This document shows positions 47,432 to 56,192 of a DNA stretch of 64,000 nt, piece after piece. Every line of letters starts with the position of its first letter. Within the stretch, counting starts at the first letter, position 1. The notes under the pieces were generated by a model. The model saw only the letters and a program-made list of their open reading frames with translations, made no database searches and was not told the DNA's origin. Made by a program: the position numbers and the translations under genes. This stretch comes from a virus (lineage: Duplodnaviria; Caudoviricetes). The DNA lies in IMG/VR virus record IMGVR_UViG_3300020049_011034, positions 416 to 64,415 of that record; one strand, 5' to 3'.

Positions 47432-49301
47432 ATCGCCCCATTCGGCGGCAGTGCAAATCGAGATGCTCAGGCTCTCAAACCTTTTCCCTTCGCCTACCAA
47501 CCCGCGCAAAACTTTCCCGGAAGCGGAACTGAGCGAACTGGCAAACTCCATCGCGACCAACGGCCTGATTAACCCCATCACCGTCCGCGCTGTGCCGGCA
47601 GTTCCCGGGCAGTATGAGGTAATATCCGGTGGGCGCCGCTATCGCGCATCCATCATGGCCGGTCTGCTCGAAATTCCGTGCATCGTACGCGAACTGAATG
47701 ACGCGCAGGTGATCGATATGCAGATTGAGGAGAACCTTCACCGGCAGGACGTGCCGGCACTCGAAGAGGCTGAGGCCTTCGAAAGCCTGATAACCGCAGG
47801 GAAACTTACTGTGGCGGAATTGGCCGGGCGGCTCAATAAGTCGGCGGCTTACGTGTACCGGCGCCTGAAACTCAACAACCTTGATGAGAAGTACCGGCCA
47901 TTTATCACGAGCGGCGAACTCGCGCCGGCCACCGCAGAAGTAATTGCCTCTTACCCGCAGGACGTGCAGGTATCTATGTTCAGGAAAGTTACCTATACCA
48001 ACGGTGACAAAACGACATTCGTAGAAACGCGTTCGATGCGCGACAAATTCAAGTGGGAAGCCTGCACCGATCTCAACAAGGCAATCTGGCCGCTGTGGAG
48101 AAATGACCTGCAACCCGGGCTGCAAGCCTGCAACACCTGTGAGAAAAACACAGCGGTTGCAACGCTGCTTTTCCCGGACGGCGAAGCCGAGCCGAAATGC
48201 ACCGACAAAGCCTGTTGGAAGGTGAAGGAATCAGTATGGAAGGCGCTGGCCCTGAAGGAGTGGCAGGCCGAATGCGAAAAACGCGGATTTACCCCGGCCT
48301 TTGCAGACTTGCGGTATTACGAAATGAACGACAAGAAAACGGTGACAAGGGTTCTTGAATACGAACCGGAAGTGATTGGCCGCTATAATTACGAGGTGGT
48401 GGAAGAAGGGACGCCCGGCGCAATTGAGGTGCTTTTCCTGGGTGGGGAACAATGGGACGCTGCCGAGCGCGAAAGAAACTACCGGCGCGGCTGGATCGTA
48501 ATGAAGGAAGCGAAGGGATATCAGAAAGACGGCAACCGCGATTGGGACATGGAGCGCATTGATGCAATGGATATTTCCGAAGAAGAAAAACAGGTGATGC
48601 GCGACAACCTGATCGAGAAACGCCGTCAGCAAAAAGAAGAAGCGGCCAGGTTCACACAGGACAAAAAGTGGATACTGGCGATATTGGAGGCGGTGAACAC
48701 TGCGACGGCCAGTGCCGGCGCCGGACACGAATTGCTTATCCAGATCATGCGGTTGTTTGTCCGTAAGAACATGAGCGGCTACGGGATGCGCAGTTCGTGG
48801 CTTGACGTCTTCCCGGAAGAGGCGAAAAATTGGAAGCCGACATCCTTTGCCATCCGCGTAAACGGCCAGGGAGAAGGACAGGAGCAGAACCCGAAGTGGA
48901 CTAAAGGTTGCGTCGAGGCATGGAACAAAGTGCTGGCAAAGCACCAACAAAAAGGCGACTACCAACCCATGCATGAAATGGCGTGGCAGAACTGGATCAA
49001 CGGCGAAGAAACAGCGGCATGGCTGGATGGAATACTGCTCAATGCTGACAACGACCGCATTATACGACTGTTTGGTTATATCGTACTCGAAGGCGCTTCC
49101 GAATCAGTAAGTCGCACGTACCAGTGGAAAGACGCGATGGCGATTGATTTTTTCACCAGGTTGGCGAGCGCCGCTGTCATCAATTATGAGGCGCTCAAGC
49201 CCGATCTGAACCTTGACGACGAGGAAAACGAGGACTACGATGATGAGGAGGAAGAATACGATGAAGGCCTTGCTCTTGAAGACGAAGAAGGCGAAAGTTG
49301 A
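47385..49301 (+). CDS. ParB/RepB/Spo0J-family protein with a long C-terminal extension
   Basis: NPRKTF...ELANSIATNGLINPITVR...ISGGRRYRAS...IEENLHRQD; HTH LAGRLNKSAAYVYRRLKL. Confidence 0.85.
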   Translation: MATTKKAKATEPGATESPHSAAVQIEMLRLSNLFPSPTNPRKTFPEAELSELANSIATNGLINPITVRAVPAVPGQYEVISGGRRYRASIMAGLLEIPCIVRELNDAQVIDMQIEENLHRQDVPALEEAEAFESLITAGKLTVAELAGRLNKSAAYVYRRLKLNNLDEKYRPFITSGELAPATAEVIASYPQDVQVSMFRKVTYTNGDKTTFVETRSMRDKFKWEACTDLNKAIWPLWRNDLQPGLQACNTCEKNTAVATLLFPDGEAEPKCTDKACWKVKESVWKALALKEWQAECEKRGFTPAFADLRYYEMNDKKTVTRVLEYEPEVIGRYNYEVVEEGTPGAIEVLFLGGEQWDAAERERNYRRGWIVMKEAKGYQKDGNRDWDMERIDAMDISEEEKQVMRDNLIEKRRQQKEEAARFTQDKKWILAILEAVNTATASAGAGHELLIQIMRLFVRKNMSGYGMRSSWLDVFPEEAKNWKPTSFAIRVNGQGEGQEQNPKWTKGCVEAWNKVLAKHQQKGDYQPMHEMAWQNWINGEETAAWLDGILLNADNDRIIRLFGYIVLEGASESVSRTYQWKDAMAIDFFTRLASAAVINYEALKPDLNLDDEENEDYDDEEEEYDEGLALEDEEGES

Positions 49302-49315
49302 TTTCATTGTTGTTG

Positions 49316-49351
49316 CCCGGCGTGGTGGGAAACCATTGCGCCGGGTTTTTT
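49316..49351 (+). terminator. intrinsic terminator
   Basis: CCCGGCG...CGCCGGG followed by T6. Confidence 0.75.
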
Positions 49352-49362
49352 AAATCTCGAAC

Positions 49363-49680
49363 ATGACATACATCATCTTATTCCTGTTTACCTGGTGGGC
49401 ATTCAGTGTAGTGCTGACTTTCAGGAGCGGCATTTTTGTCAAGCGGCTGCAAGAGGAAATACCCGTGTTGTTTATGCTGCCACAATGGTTGTCAATCCTT
49501 TTGCTGATTTTCATCATGGCCGTCATTGCCCCATACGTGATGACCGCGCCGGTGAAACTTGCCCGCCGTTGGATACTACTCAGGCTCATTGTCTGGCGCG
49601 TCCGCAGAATGGCAAGGGGAAAAGAGGCCGGACTTTCCAACGAATTAAAATCAATCTCAAAACGAATAACGAAACTGTAA
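49363..49680 (+). CDS. small membrane protein
   Basis: Two hydrophobic segments and a basic C-terminus. Confidence 0.55.
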   Translation: MTYIILFLFTWWAFSVVLTFRSGIFVKRLQEEIPVLFMLPQWLSILLLIFIMAVIAPYVMTAPVKLARRWILLRLIVWRVRRMARGKEAGLSNELKSISKRITKL

Positions 49681-50489
49681 TGGCATACACCGACCACACC
49701 AATCCCGATACCACAGGCGAGTTTAACCAGGTCGCACCCAAGTATGACAGGCATTTTGATAACCGGTTCGACCGCGCCGAGGAAAACGTTTTGTTCGCCC
49801 GCTTCGGGCATTTGCTGCAAAACGCGGACGTGCTGGACATCGGGTGCGGTACGGGCCTGGTAAAGCGCCTCTCCGATCGGCTGTTATTCTGTCCGCGCAC
49901 ATATACCGGCGTTGACTCCTCTGCAGATATGATTGTAGAAGCGTCAAAAAAATACGGCCTTGCTGATTTGGCTATACCATCGCCAAAAACCAGCCCGTAT
50001 GGAGCATCCGGTTTTGCGATTGATGACATGGTAGAATTTATGTGGGCGCAGCCGCCTGCATCATACGACGTGGTGACGTCGTTCTATTTCCCCATGAACT
50101 ACTGCCAGCAGCACCCACGCGAAGTGTATGAGGCTGTATCGCACGTTCTCCGACCGGGCGGGCATTTCATCAACGTCATGGCATCGAGCCGCTACGCAGT
50201 GCGCGGGTCACACATTGTGCGCGACGCCAACCTGCGACGCTATTTCGAGCCGAATGAATATTACCTGAATGATTGTATTGGACTTCTCAAGCCCATTGCA
50301 ATCGTCGGGTTCAACTACTTCATCGAGCGTTACAGGCGCTGGCTCGAATTTTGCCCGCAATATGTTATCGAGGCAATGTTTCGCTTTGACCAGATTCGGG
50401 GCGAGAAATCACGCATGACGCCGTACTTTTACGGCATCCACTTACAAAAGCCACCGCTTTACTATGAAAAAACTCCTTTGGATATGTAG
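49680..50489 (+). CDS. class I SAM-dependent methyltransferase
   Basis: VLDIGCGTG, YTGVDSSADMI, YDVV, VLRPGGHF. Confidence 0.85.
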   Translation: MAYTDHTNPDTTGEFNQVAPKYDRHFDNRFDRAEENVLFARFGHLLQNADVLDIGCGTGLVKRLSDRLLFCPRTYTGVDSSADMIVEASKKYGLADLAIPSPKTSPYGASGFAIDDMVEFMWAQPPASYDVVTSFYFPMNYCQQHPREVYEAVSHVLRPGGHFINVMASSRYAVRGSHIVRDANLRRYFEPNEYYLNDCIGLLKPIAIVGFNYFIERYRRWLEFCPQYVIEAMFRFDQIRGEKSRMTPYFYGIHLQKPPLYYEKTPLDM

Positions 50490-50913
50490 CATAATTGCCG
50501 TCACCGGCTGCGCGACCGCACAGAAATCCACCGACAACGTGGCGCTGCTATACGCAAAAGACTACGTGGCTTTCCGCTGGCAGGGTGATACGCTCGACAG
50601 TTCGCATTTCCGGACGTTTTTTGAATACATGGGCGAAGACACGGCCTACGCCAATTTGCTGTGTTTCTACTCGATCCAGTACCTTTACCAGCACGGCGCC
50701 GGTGTTGACAGCCTGGACCACATCATGCGCACATCATTTTTCTGGGGCCTCGATGAATACGCCTGTTTCAGCCGGCTCCAGGAAGTCAGAATAAAAGTTA
50801 TCAAAAATGAAACACCTCCTGATTTTAGCCTTGACCCTTTCCTGCCTCCTGTCTGCCTGCAAAGACCAGGACGCCGCCGATACTTACTACGACGCCCGGC
50901 AAATCGAAGGTGA
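50464..50913 (+). CDS. putative lipoprotein
   Basis: MKKLLWICSIIAVTG-C lipobox-like signal. Confidence 0.45.
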   Translation: MKKLLWICSIIAVTGCATAQKSTDNVALLYAKDYVAFRWQGDTLDSSHFRTFFEYMGEDTAYANLLCFYSIQYLYQHGAGVDSLDHIMRTSFFWGLDEYACFSRLQEVRIKVIKNETPPDFSLDPFLPPVCLQRPGRRRYLLRRPANRR

Positions 50914-51181
50914 CTGGATCGGCGCTGAGCACCCGCACTGGCGCCACTGGTTCAGCAATGGCCGGTCAAAGCAGCAGATCATTGATTTTGGCCAGATTAT
51001 CTACGAACTGGAATACCACTACCGGACCAGCGCAGACACGGTATTCCAGCGCGACCTTACCGGCTCGCTCAACTTTGAGCGCGTCTGGACCGTAGAGTTT
51101 CCGGACTACAATACCTGCTATGTGGTGGAGTGGACGCCTTCTGGTGATACATCATTCGTGTTTACCCTGCTGAGACAATGA
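50807..51181 (+). CDS. putative lipoprotein
   Basis: MKHLLILALTLSCLLSA-CKDQD signal. Confidence 0.6.
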   Translation: MKHLLILALTLSCLLSACKDQDAADTYYDARQIEGDWIGAEHPHWRHWFSNGRSKQQIIDFGQIIYELEYHYRTSADTVFQRDLTGSLNFERVWTVEFPDYNTCYVVEWTPSGDTSFVFTLLRQ

Positions 51182-51417
51182 CACCGCTGATCGTCATATT
51201 AGGGCTGTCAGGCAATGTGCATCACTGCACGAGCCACCGCGAAGGCGACTGGATAATCTGGCGCTGCCCGATATGTGCGCACTACGAGCGCCGCTTTAAC
51301 TGGCGCACCGGCCAGATGCAATGTGACAAAGGAGATGTCGGAGATGCAATACACACCGGCTCCAACAGTGCCGCATCCAACATGGAGGCACTCACTCTCA
51401 ACACAAATCCAAATTGA
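51178..51417 (+). CDS. small Cys/His protein
   Basis: CTSHREGDWIIWRCPICAH; ATGA-coupled. Confidence 0.5.
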   Translation: MTPLIVILGLSGNVHHCTSHREGDWIIWRCPICAHYERRFNWRTGQMQCDKGDVGDAIHTGSNSAASNMEALTLNTNPN

Positions 51418-52544
51418 TGGTTAGGGAATACCGTGACGAAACCGTACTGGAGGCTTCGCTTGACCGCTTCCGATACCTGTTTCAAAACGGGCACCCATGC
51501 ATATCCTTTTCAGGCGGCAAAGACTCTACCCTATGCGTAGAACTCGCAATCATGGCCGCGCAGTCCCTGGGGATCACCACACCGGTGGACGTTGTTTACA
51601 GGGACGAAGAGTGCGTAAGCCCGGAAACCACAGCGTTCGCGCTGCGGATGGCCGCCCGGCCAGAAGTCCGCTTTCATTGGTGCATCGCTCACCAACCCAT
51701 TATCAATATCTTCGACCGGAACTGCCCCTATATCTGGACATACGACCCGCTGCTCAACCAGTCCGAGTGGATGCAGCCGATGCCGGATATCGCCGTCGAG
51801 ATACCGGACATGAACATCGAGCGCCTGATAACGCACGAGCGGCTTGGTATACCGAAAGAAACCACCCTGTTTTCGGTCGTCGGCATCCGCACATCGGAGA
51901 GCCTGCGCCGGAAGTTCGCTATCAACAGCGCGAAGGGGTACCTCACCAAGAATATCGGCAACATCGTCAAGGCCCGCTGCGTGTATGATTGGGAAGATGA
52001 CGACGTATGGAAGTTCACTAAAGACTTCCAGATTGATTACAACCACGACTATGACGTGATGTGGCGGCTTGGCATCCCAAAGAAGTCGCTGCGCATTGCC
52101 CCGCTGACGATGTCCACAGCGGGCCTGGGGCAACTTCAGGCAATGGCCAAGGCTTACCCGCGCTGGTTCGACAAACTCGCTGTACGCTGCAAAGGGGTAC
52201 GCGCTGTGGTGAACTTCGGGCGCCGGGCCTGCGAGCCGCTGCGCCGCGCCGGTGAGACCTGGGAGTATTGTTTCAAACGGACTTGTATAACAGATGCGCC
52301 GGCATGGATACGCACCCGCGCTGAGGCCCTGCAGGAAAAATGGATTGCAGCACAGGCAAAACTGACCACCGACCCGCTTCCGCAGAAGGGAGGCCACAAC
52401 TTTAAGGGCATGTCCTGGGAGAAGTTGGCAAAGATTATGTATAACGGTGACCCCTTCTGCATGAAAACCGGCGAACTGCATTACGTCGAGCCGCACGAGT
52501 TCAGGCCGGGCGGCGGCTCCTGGGGCGGCAGGCCGACGTGGTGA
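51417..52544 (+). CDS. PAPS-reductase-like PP-loop protein (IbrA/DndC-like)
   Basis: CISFSGGKDST, VVYRDEE, VVGIRTSESLRR, VYDWEDDDVW. Confidence 0.85.
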   Translation: MVREYRDETVLEASLDRFRYLFQNGHPCISFSGGKDSTLCVELAIMAAQSLGITTPVDVVYRDEECVSPETTAFALRMAARPEVRFHWCIAHQPIINIFDRNCPYIWTYDPLLNQSEWMQPMPDIAVEIPDMNIERLITHERLGIPKETTLFSVVGIRTSESLRRKFAINSAKGYLTKNIGNIVKARCVYDWEDDDVWKFTKDFQIDYNHDYDVMWRLGIPKKSLRIAPLTMSTAGLGQLQAMAKAYPRWFDKLAVRCKGVRAVVNFGRRACEPLRRAGETWEYCFKRTCITDAPAWIRTRAEALQEKWIAAQAKLTTDPLPQKGGHNFKGMSWEKLAKIMYNGDPFCMKTGELHYVEPHEFRPGGGSWGGRPTW

Positions 52545-52606
52545 CAATACGCCTTTCAGGATGATTTAAATTTTGTCCACTATCCTTTGACGAAATTTCC
52601 GACATC

Positions 52607-52810
52607 GTGACGAAAAAACCGACATCCGCCGTCGAAGTCGCCCGTTTGCTGCTTTCGGCAAACACCCTCGAACAGTTGGACGCGCTGCGCCCCCATATTA
52701 CCTTTGCAGAAGTAGCAACATCAGAACTGCTGGCTGAGATATTCAACCACAAGTTCGCCGCCCTATGCAAAAAGTCGCCGCCAACGTCGTCAAGAAAGGC
52801 CAAAAGGTAA
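52607..52810 (+). CDS. hypothetical protein
   Basis: 67-aa ORF between the PP-loop and ParB genes. Confidence 0.4.
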   Translation: MTKKPTSAVEVARLLLSANTLEQLDALRPHITFAEVATSELLAEIFNHKFAALCKKSPPTSSRKAKR

Positions 52811-53676
52811 TAGAGAAAAACTTCAACACGCTCGAAGCCCTTCGCGTGTTCTATATCCCGCACGGGATGATCGCCCCAAACCACTACAATCCGAACCGAC
52901 AAAGCGAGTTTGAATTTGAACTCCTGCTCAAGTCCATGAGCGAGGACGGTTTCACCCAGCCCATTGTCACGCGACCGCTCTTTACCGACGTACAGGCCCG
53001 AGAAGCCCTGGGACTGCCGGCAGACTGCAAGCACAAGGACATTGACTGGCTCGATGCTGCCTACAAACTCAATTCCGGGTTTATGGTAGTGGACGGTGAG
53101 CACCGGTGGAAAGCCGCCCGCGAACTGGGTTACGCCGACGTGCCCTGCGTTGTCACCTACATGACCGATGCCCAGATGCGCATTGCCACACTCCGGCACA
53201 ATCGCGCCAGGGGCACGGAGGATATCGCGCTCACCGCCGAGGTCCTGCGGGACTTGGAAAAACTCGGCGCGCTGGATCACGCCGCCGACTCCCTGCAGAT
53301 GGACGATGTGGAAATCCAAAAACTGCTGTCCGAAGCCACCGCCGTTGACGACCTGGGCCAGAACGAGGATTTCAACAAATCGTGGGAGGTCAACACCGCG
53401 CTTATCCCGTCCGCAAACCCGGGCGACGGGTTCAACGTGGGCATGACGGCCAAGGCCATCGAAGAGCAGCGGCGGATCCAGCGCGCCAATGACGAGGCAA
53501 AGACCAACGAGGAACGGCAGATGGTCCAGAAATCATCCGACCTCGTGCGCATCATGCTCGTATTCCAGGGCGATGAAGCCCGGCTGGTCCAAAAAGTTTT
53601 GGGTAAGCAGCAGGCCGAAAGGCTGCTCGAGCTGTGCCAGCGTGAAATGGCAGCAAATCCCGGTGACTATGAATGA
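52765..53676 (+). CDS. ParB-like nuclease-domain protein (IbrB-like)
   Basis: PNHYNPNRQ...LLKSMSEDGFTQPIV...VVDGEHRW...ATLRHNRARG. Confidence 0.85.
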   Translation: MQKVAANVVKKGQKVIEKNFNTLEALRVFYIPHGMIAPNHYNPNRQSEFEFELLLKSMSEDGFTQPIVTRPLFTDVQAREALGLPADCKHKDIDWLDAAYKLNSGFMVVDGEHRWKAARELGYADVPCVVTYMTDAQMRIATLRHNRARGTEDIALTAEVLRDLEKLGALDHAADSLQMDDVEIQKLLSEATAVDDLGQNEDFNKSWEVNTALIPSANPGDGFNVGMTAKAIEEQRRIQRANDEAKTNEERQMVQKSSDLVRIMLVFQGDEARLVQKVLGKQQAERLLELCQREMAANPGDYE

Positions 53677-54251
53677 AAAACGACACCCGAAACAAGCGGA
53701 CGAAGTTGCAGATTGTGGAGGACCGGGACTTTATCGCCCGGCACTACCTGCGCGGCATCGCGCATCAGCGCATCGCCGATATGCTTGTTATCGAAATGAG
53801 GCGGGACTATGTGCTCACGCGTCAGCAGATTGAGTATGACATCGCCGAAATAGTAAAGGCCCTCGAAGAGCGGTACAAACAACAAATAGGCGTATATTTG
53901 TTTGAGCAACTGCGGAAGGTGGACGAACTGGAAAGCGAAGCATGGGCGGCATGGGAGGCCAGTAAGAAGCCAAAGAAGAAAACGACCATCATCACCAAAA
54001 AGAACCAGGTGAAAGCAGAGGTCGGGGAAGAGCCGCCCAAGGACCCGCAGGATGTCATCATTGAAAGCGCCGATCAGACGGGCGATGTGCGTTACTTCGA
54101 GAAAATCCAGTGGTGCATCGAACTACGCCTAAGGCTCCTGGGCTTTTTCAAAAACAACCAGTATGGCCGAACGCTCGACGATGACGGCAGGAGCAACGAG
54201 GAAGATTCAGGCATCGTAATCTACCTGCCCGACAACGGGCGCGACAAATAG
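53673..54251 (+). CDS. second terminase-small-subunit-like HTH protein
   Basis: IARHYLRGIAHQRIADML...TRQQIEYDI...GDVRYFEKIQWCIELRLRLLG; C-terminal GIVIYLPDNGRDK shared with TerS. Confidence 0.6.
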   Translation: MKNDTRNKRTKLQIVEDRDFIARHYLRGIAHQRIADMLVIEMRRDYVLTRQQIEYDIAEIVKALEERYKQQIGVYLFEQLRKVDELESEAWAAWEASKKPKKKTTIITKKNQVKAEVGEEPPKDPQDVIIESADQTGDVRYFEKIQWCIELRLRLLGFFKNNQYGRTLDDDGRSNEEDSGIVIYLPDNGRDK

Positions 54252-54258
54252 TAACATC

Positions 54259-54468
54259 ATGGCAACTACAATCAGGGAAGAAATCGAGGAGTTGAAAAGA
54301 GAACTCCGCACACGCCGGCAGGTTTACCCCGGATGGCAGGCTACCGGCAAGATAACATCCAAAGAAGCGGAGCACCGCAAGGCCTGTCTTGAATCAACCA
54401 TCGAAAGGCTTGAAGCGCTGGATCGCCAACAAAGCGGCGCTCAGGCCGTTATGTTCGACAATGGGTGA
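54259..54468 (+). CDS. hypothetical phage protein
   Basis: ELKRELRTRRQVYP...QAVMF. Confidence 0.6.
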   Translation: MATTIREEIEELKRELRTRRQVYPGWQATGKITSKEAEHRKACLESTIERLEALDRQQSGAQAVMFDNG

Positions 54469-54982
54469 TGTGAAAAAACGGAAACTCCACCGCCTGTCAT
54501 GGCTTGTGGAGATAAAGGACGGCAAGATGCTGGCGCCTCGCCCGCGCATGGTAAGAGAGATTGCCGAACTTGCCGACGTCCCAGAGGCCGAATTGGTACT
54601 CACGCAAGCAGCCAATCCAAAGACGCACCGTCAACTGAGAACACTCCATGGTCCGATCATCGAGCAGTTGCAGAATTTCTACATGGCAGATGAAGGTGTG
54701 TACAAATCCATTGACCGGATAAAGCATGAACTGAAAGCGCAGTTCCTGCAGCCGGTGAAACGATATTGGGACGACGGCTCGCCAGTGATCCTACGCATCA
54801 CGCACCCGACTAAACGCGGCATAAAGATGGACTGGCATATGGAGGAGTTGCCGTCGCTGGCATCGCTCGACATCGAGCAGATGAATTCGTTCATCGCCGC
54901 GATTGTGGAATACTTCTTGCATGAGCGTGGGTGGGTGATTGAGATTGACCCAGATAAAGCCGACCCGAAATACCACGACTAA
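54461..54982 (+). CDS. NinB-like protein
   Basis: KTHRQLRTLHG...HELKAQFL...SLASLDIEQMNSFI pattern. Confidence 0.4.
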   Translation: MGDVKKRKLHRLSWLVEIKDGKMLAPRPRMVREIAELADVPEAELVLTQAANPKTHRQLRTLHGPIIEQLQNFYMADEGVYKSIDRIKHELKAQFLQPVKRYWDDGSPVILRITHPTKRGIKMDWHMEELPSLASLDIEQMNSFIAAIVEYFLHERGWVIEIDPDKADPKYHD

Positions 54983-55019
54983 GTATTGTTTGTTTTTGTT
55001 GCTCCCCCTTCATCTCCCG

Positions 55020-55090
55020 GGCCGGTGCCGTACAGCATCGGCCTTTTTTGTGCCCACAAAAAAGCCCGCCCTGCATTTCGCGGAGCGGGC
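55020..55090. terminator. convergent pair of intrinsic terminators
   Basis: + strand GGCCG...CGGCC-T6 (55020-55049); - strand A6-GCCCGC...GCGGGC (55058-55090). Confidence 0.7.
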
Positions 55091-55136
55091 CAGAAATATA
55101 ACCCCAAAAAACCTAATGCAAATGTAAGTGTAATTT

Positions 55137-55517
55137 TCAAGTCTTCAACCAGGTGTCACCACTGGACACGTAAATACTGGCATCCTCCTCAATAAAAATA
55201 ATGCTTTGCTTGGCGCCCCTGGGTTCAGGTGCAAGGCCAATGTTTTTAAATCGCGGAATTGACACATCGCGCTGCATCTCTTTTGGTTCAGCATCATTTG
55301 GCAGAATACGTTCAACGGCTACAATCAGGGCAGCAAAGCAGAGAGGAATGATGCAAGCCAGCATCCTCATTTCAAAAAGGATGTCATATCCGTGATGGAA
55401 AGAGTGAATGAATGCGCGCACAAGATTCCAGGCGCCCATCGCGATCAGGTAATATTTCATTTGTCGCATAGTCAGGGAATTGTATAGGTTGCGGTGTTTG
55501 TCCACTTGCGCGTCCAC
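55137..55517 (-). CDS. membrane protein
   Basis: Minus-strand ORF with two hydrophobic segments, in tandem with two others. Confidence 0.45.
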   Translation of the reverse strand: MDAQVDKHRNLYNSLTMRQMKYYLIAMGAWNLVRAFIHSFHHGYDILFEMRMLACIIPLCFAALIVAVERILPNDAEPKEMQRDVSIPRFKNIGLAPEPRGAKQSIIFIEEDASIYVSSGDTWLKT

Positions 55518-55807
55518 CTGCAGTGCATCGCACCGGGAATACGCGACATAGGCGTTTGTTCCAGGTAAGGTTCGCCGCGCTCGCTTTCGGATATGTGAAC
55601 CCTCACGGCGTTGTCAATATGCCGCGCCGCGTTTCCGTCCCGGTCAACTGTCCACAGGGAAATGAAGTGATCGTCTTTCCTGATGGAGCAGTAGGGCGCG
55701 TCCCAGTCAATGCCAAAATAGGAGGCGTGGACGTACCCCTCTTGTTTTTTCTTCTCGACAAACTGCCGGATGATTATCCGCAGCGGGTGTTCATTCGGAT
55801 TTACCAT
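55472..55807 (-). CDS. hypothetical protein
   Basis: Minus-strand ORF overlapping its neighbours. Confidence 0.5.
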   Translation of the reverse strand: MVNPNEHPLRIIIRQFVEKKKQEGYVHASYFGIDWDAPYCSIRKDDHFISLWTVDRDGNAARHIDNAVRVHISESERGEPYLEQTPMSRIPGAMHCRWTRKWTNTATYTIP

Positions 55808-56081
55808 TTTGGTCGGTGTTGATAGTGACGGTCGTCACCCGGTTGAACTCATACTTGTCCGGCGCGAATTCCGTGAGCAGTCTGATGATCCAGTCATCGT
55901 TGAGTTTGCTCGGCTTGCAGGCCAGTTCCTTGCGGCGCTCGCTGATGAGTGCATAGACCCGTTTGTAATTCGGATCGGTCGTGCTCTTGCCTTTGAACAG
56001 AGTTGGAAAGACTTCCGAAATGAAATGGTCGAGGGCTGCCCGAATCGGGTCTAAGTTTGATTCTGATTCTGTTTGATTCAT
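55791..56081 (-). CDS. hypothetical protein, probably leaderless and repressor-position
   Basis: MNQTESE start; minus-strand TATTTTTG box (56086-56093) only 4 nt from the ATG. Confidence 0.55.
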   Translation of the reverse strand: MNQTESESNLDPIRAALDHFISEVFPTLFKGKSTTDPNYKRVYALISERRKELACKPSKLNDDWIIRLLTEFAPDKYEFNRVTTVTINTDQNGKSE

Positions 56082-56190
56082 GGCACAAAAATAGAAACGT
56101 CTGACCGATTCAAAAAATAATTTGAATTTTATTTTGTTGATTCGATTCGATGTTTGAATCTTTGTGAGCAACATTGATTCAACAGAAACG
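56056..56190. promoter_or_regulatory. divergent promoter/operator region
   Basis: Several (TT)GATTC copies and palindrome ATTCAAA-N6-TTTGAAT (56108-56127) between divergent genes. Confidence 0.5.
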
Positions 56191-56192
56191 AA

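Noticed and set aside
49230-49301. Poly-acidic C-terminal tails (ParB, 41564..41953, scaffold) as DNA mimics
   Set aside because: Short low-complexity tails on larger proteins are common; there is no stand-alone acidic protein of Ocr type.
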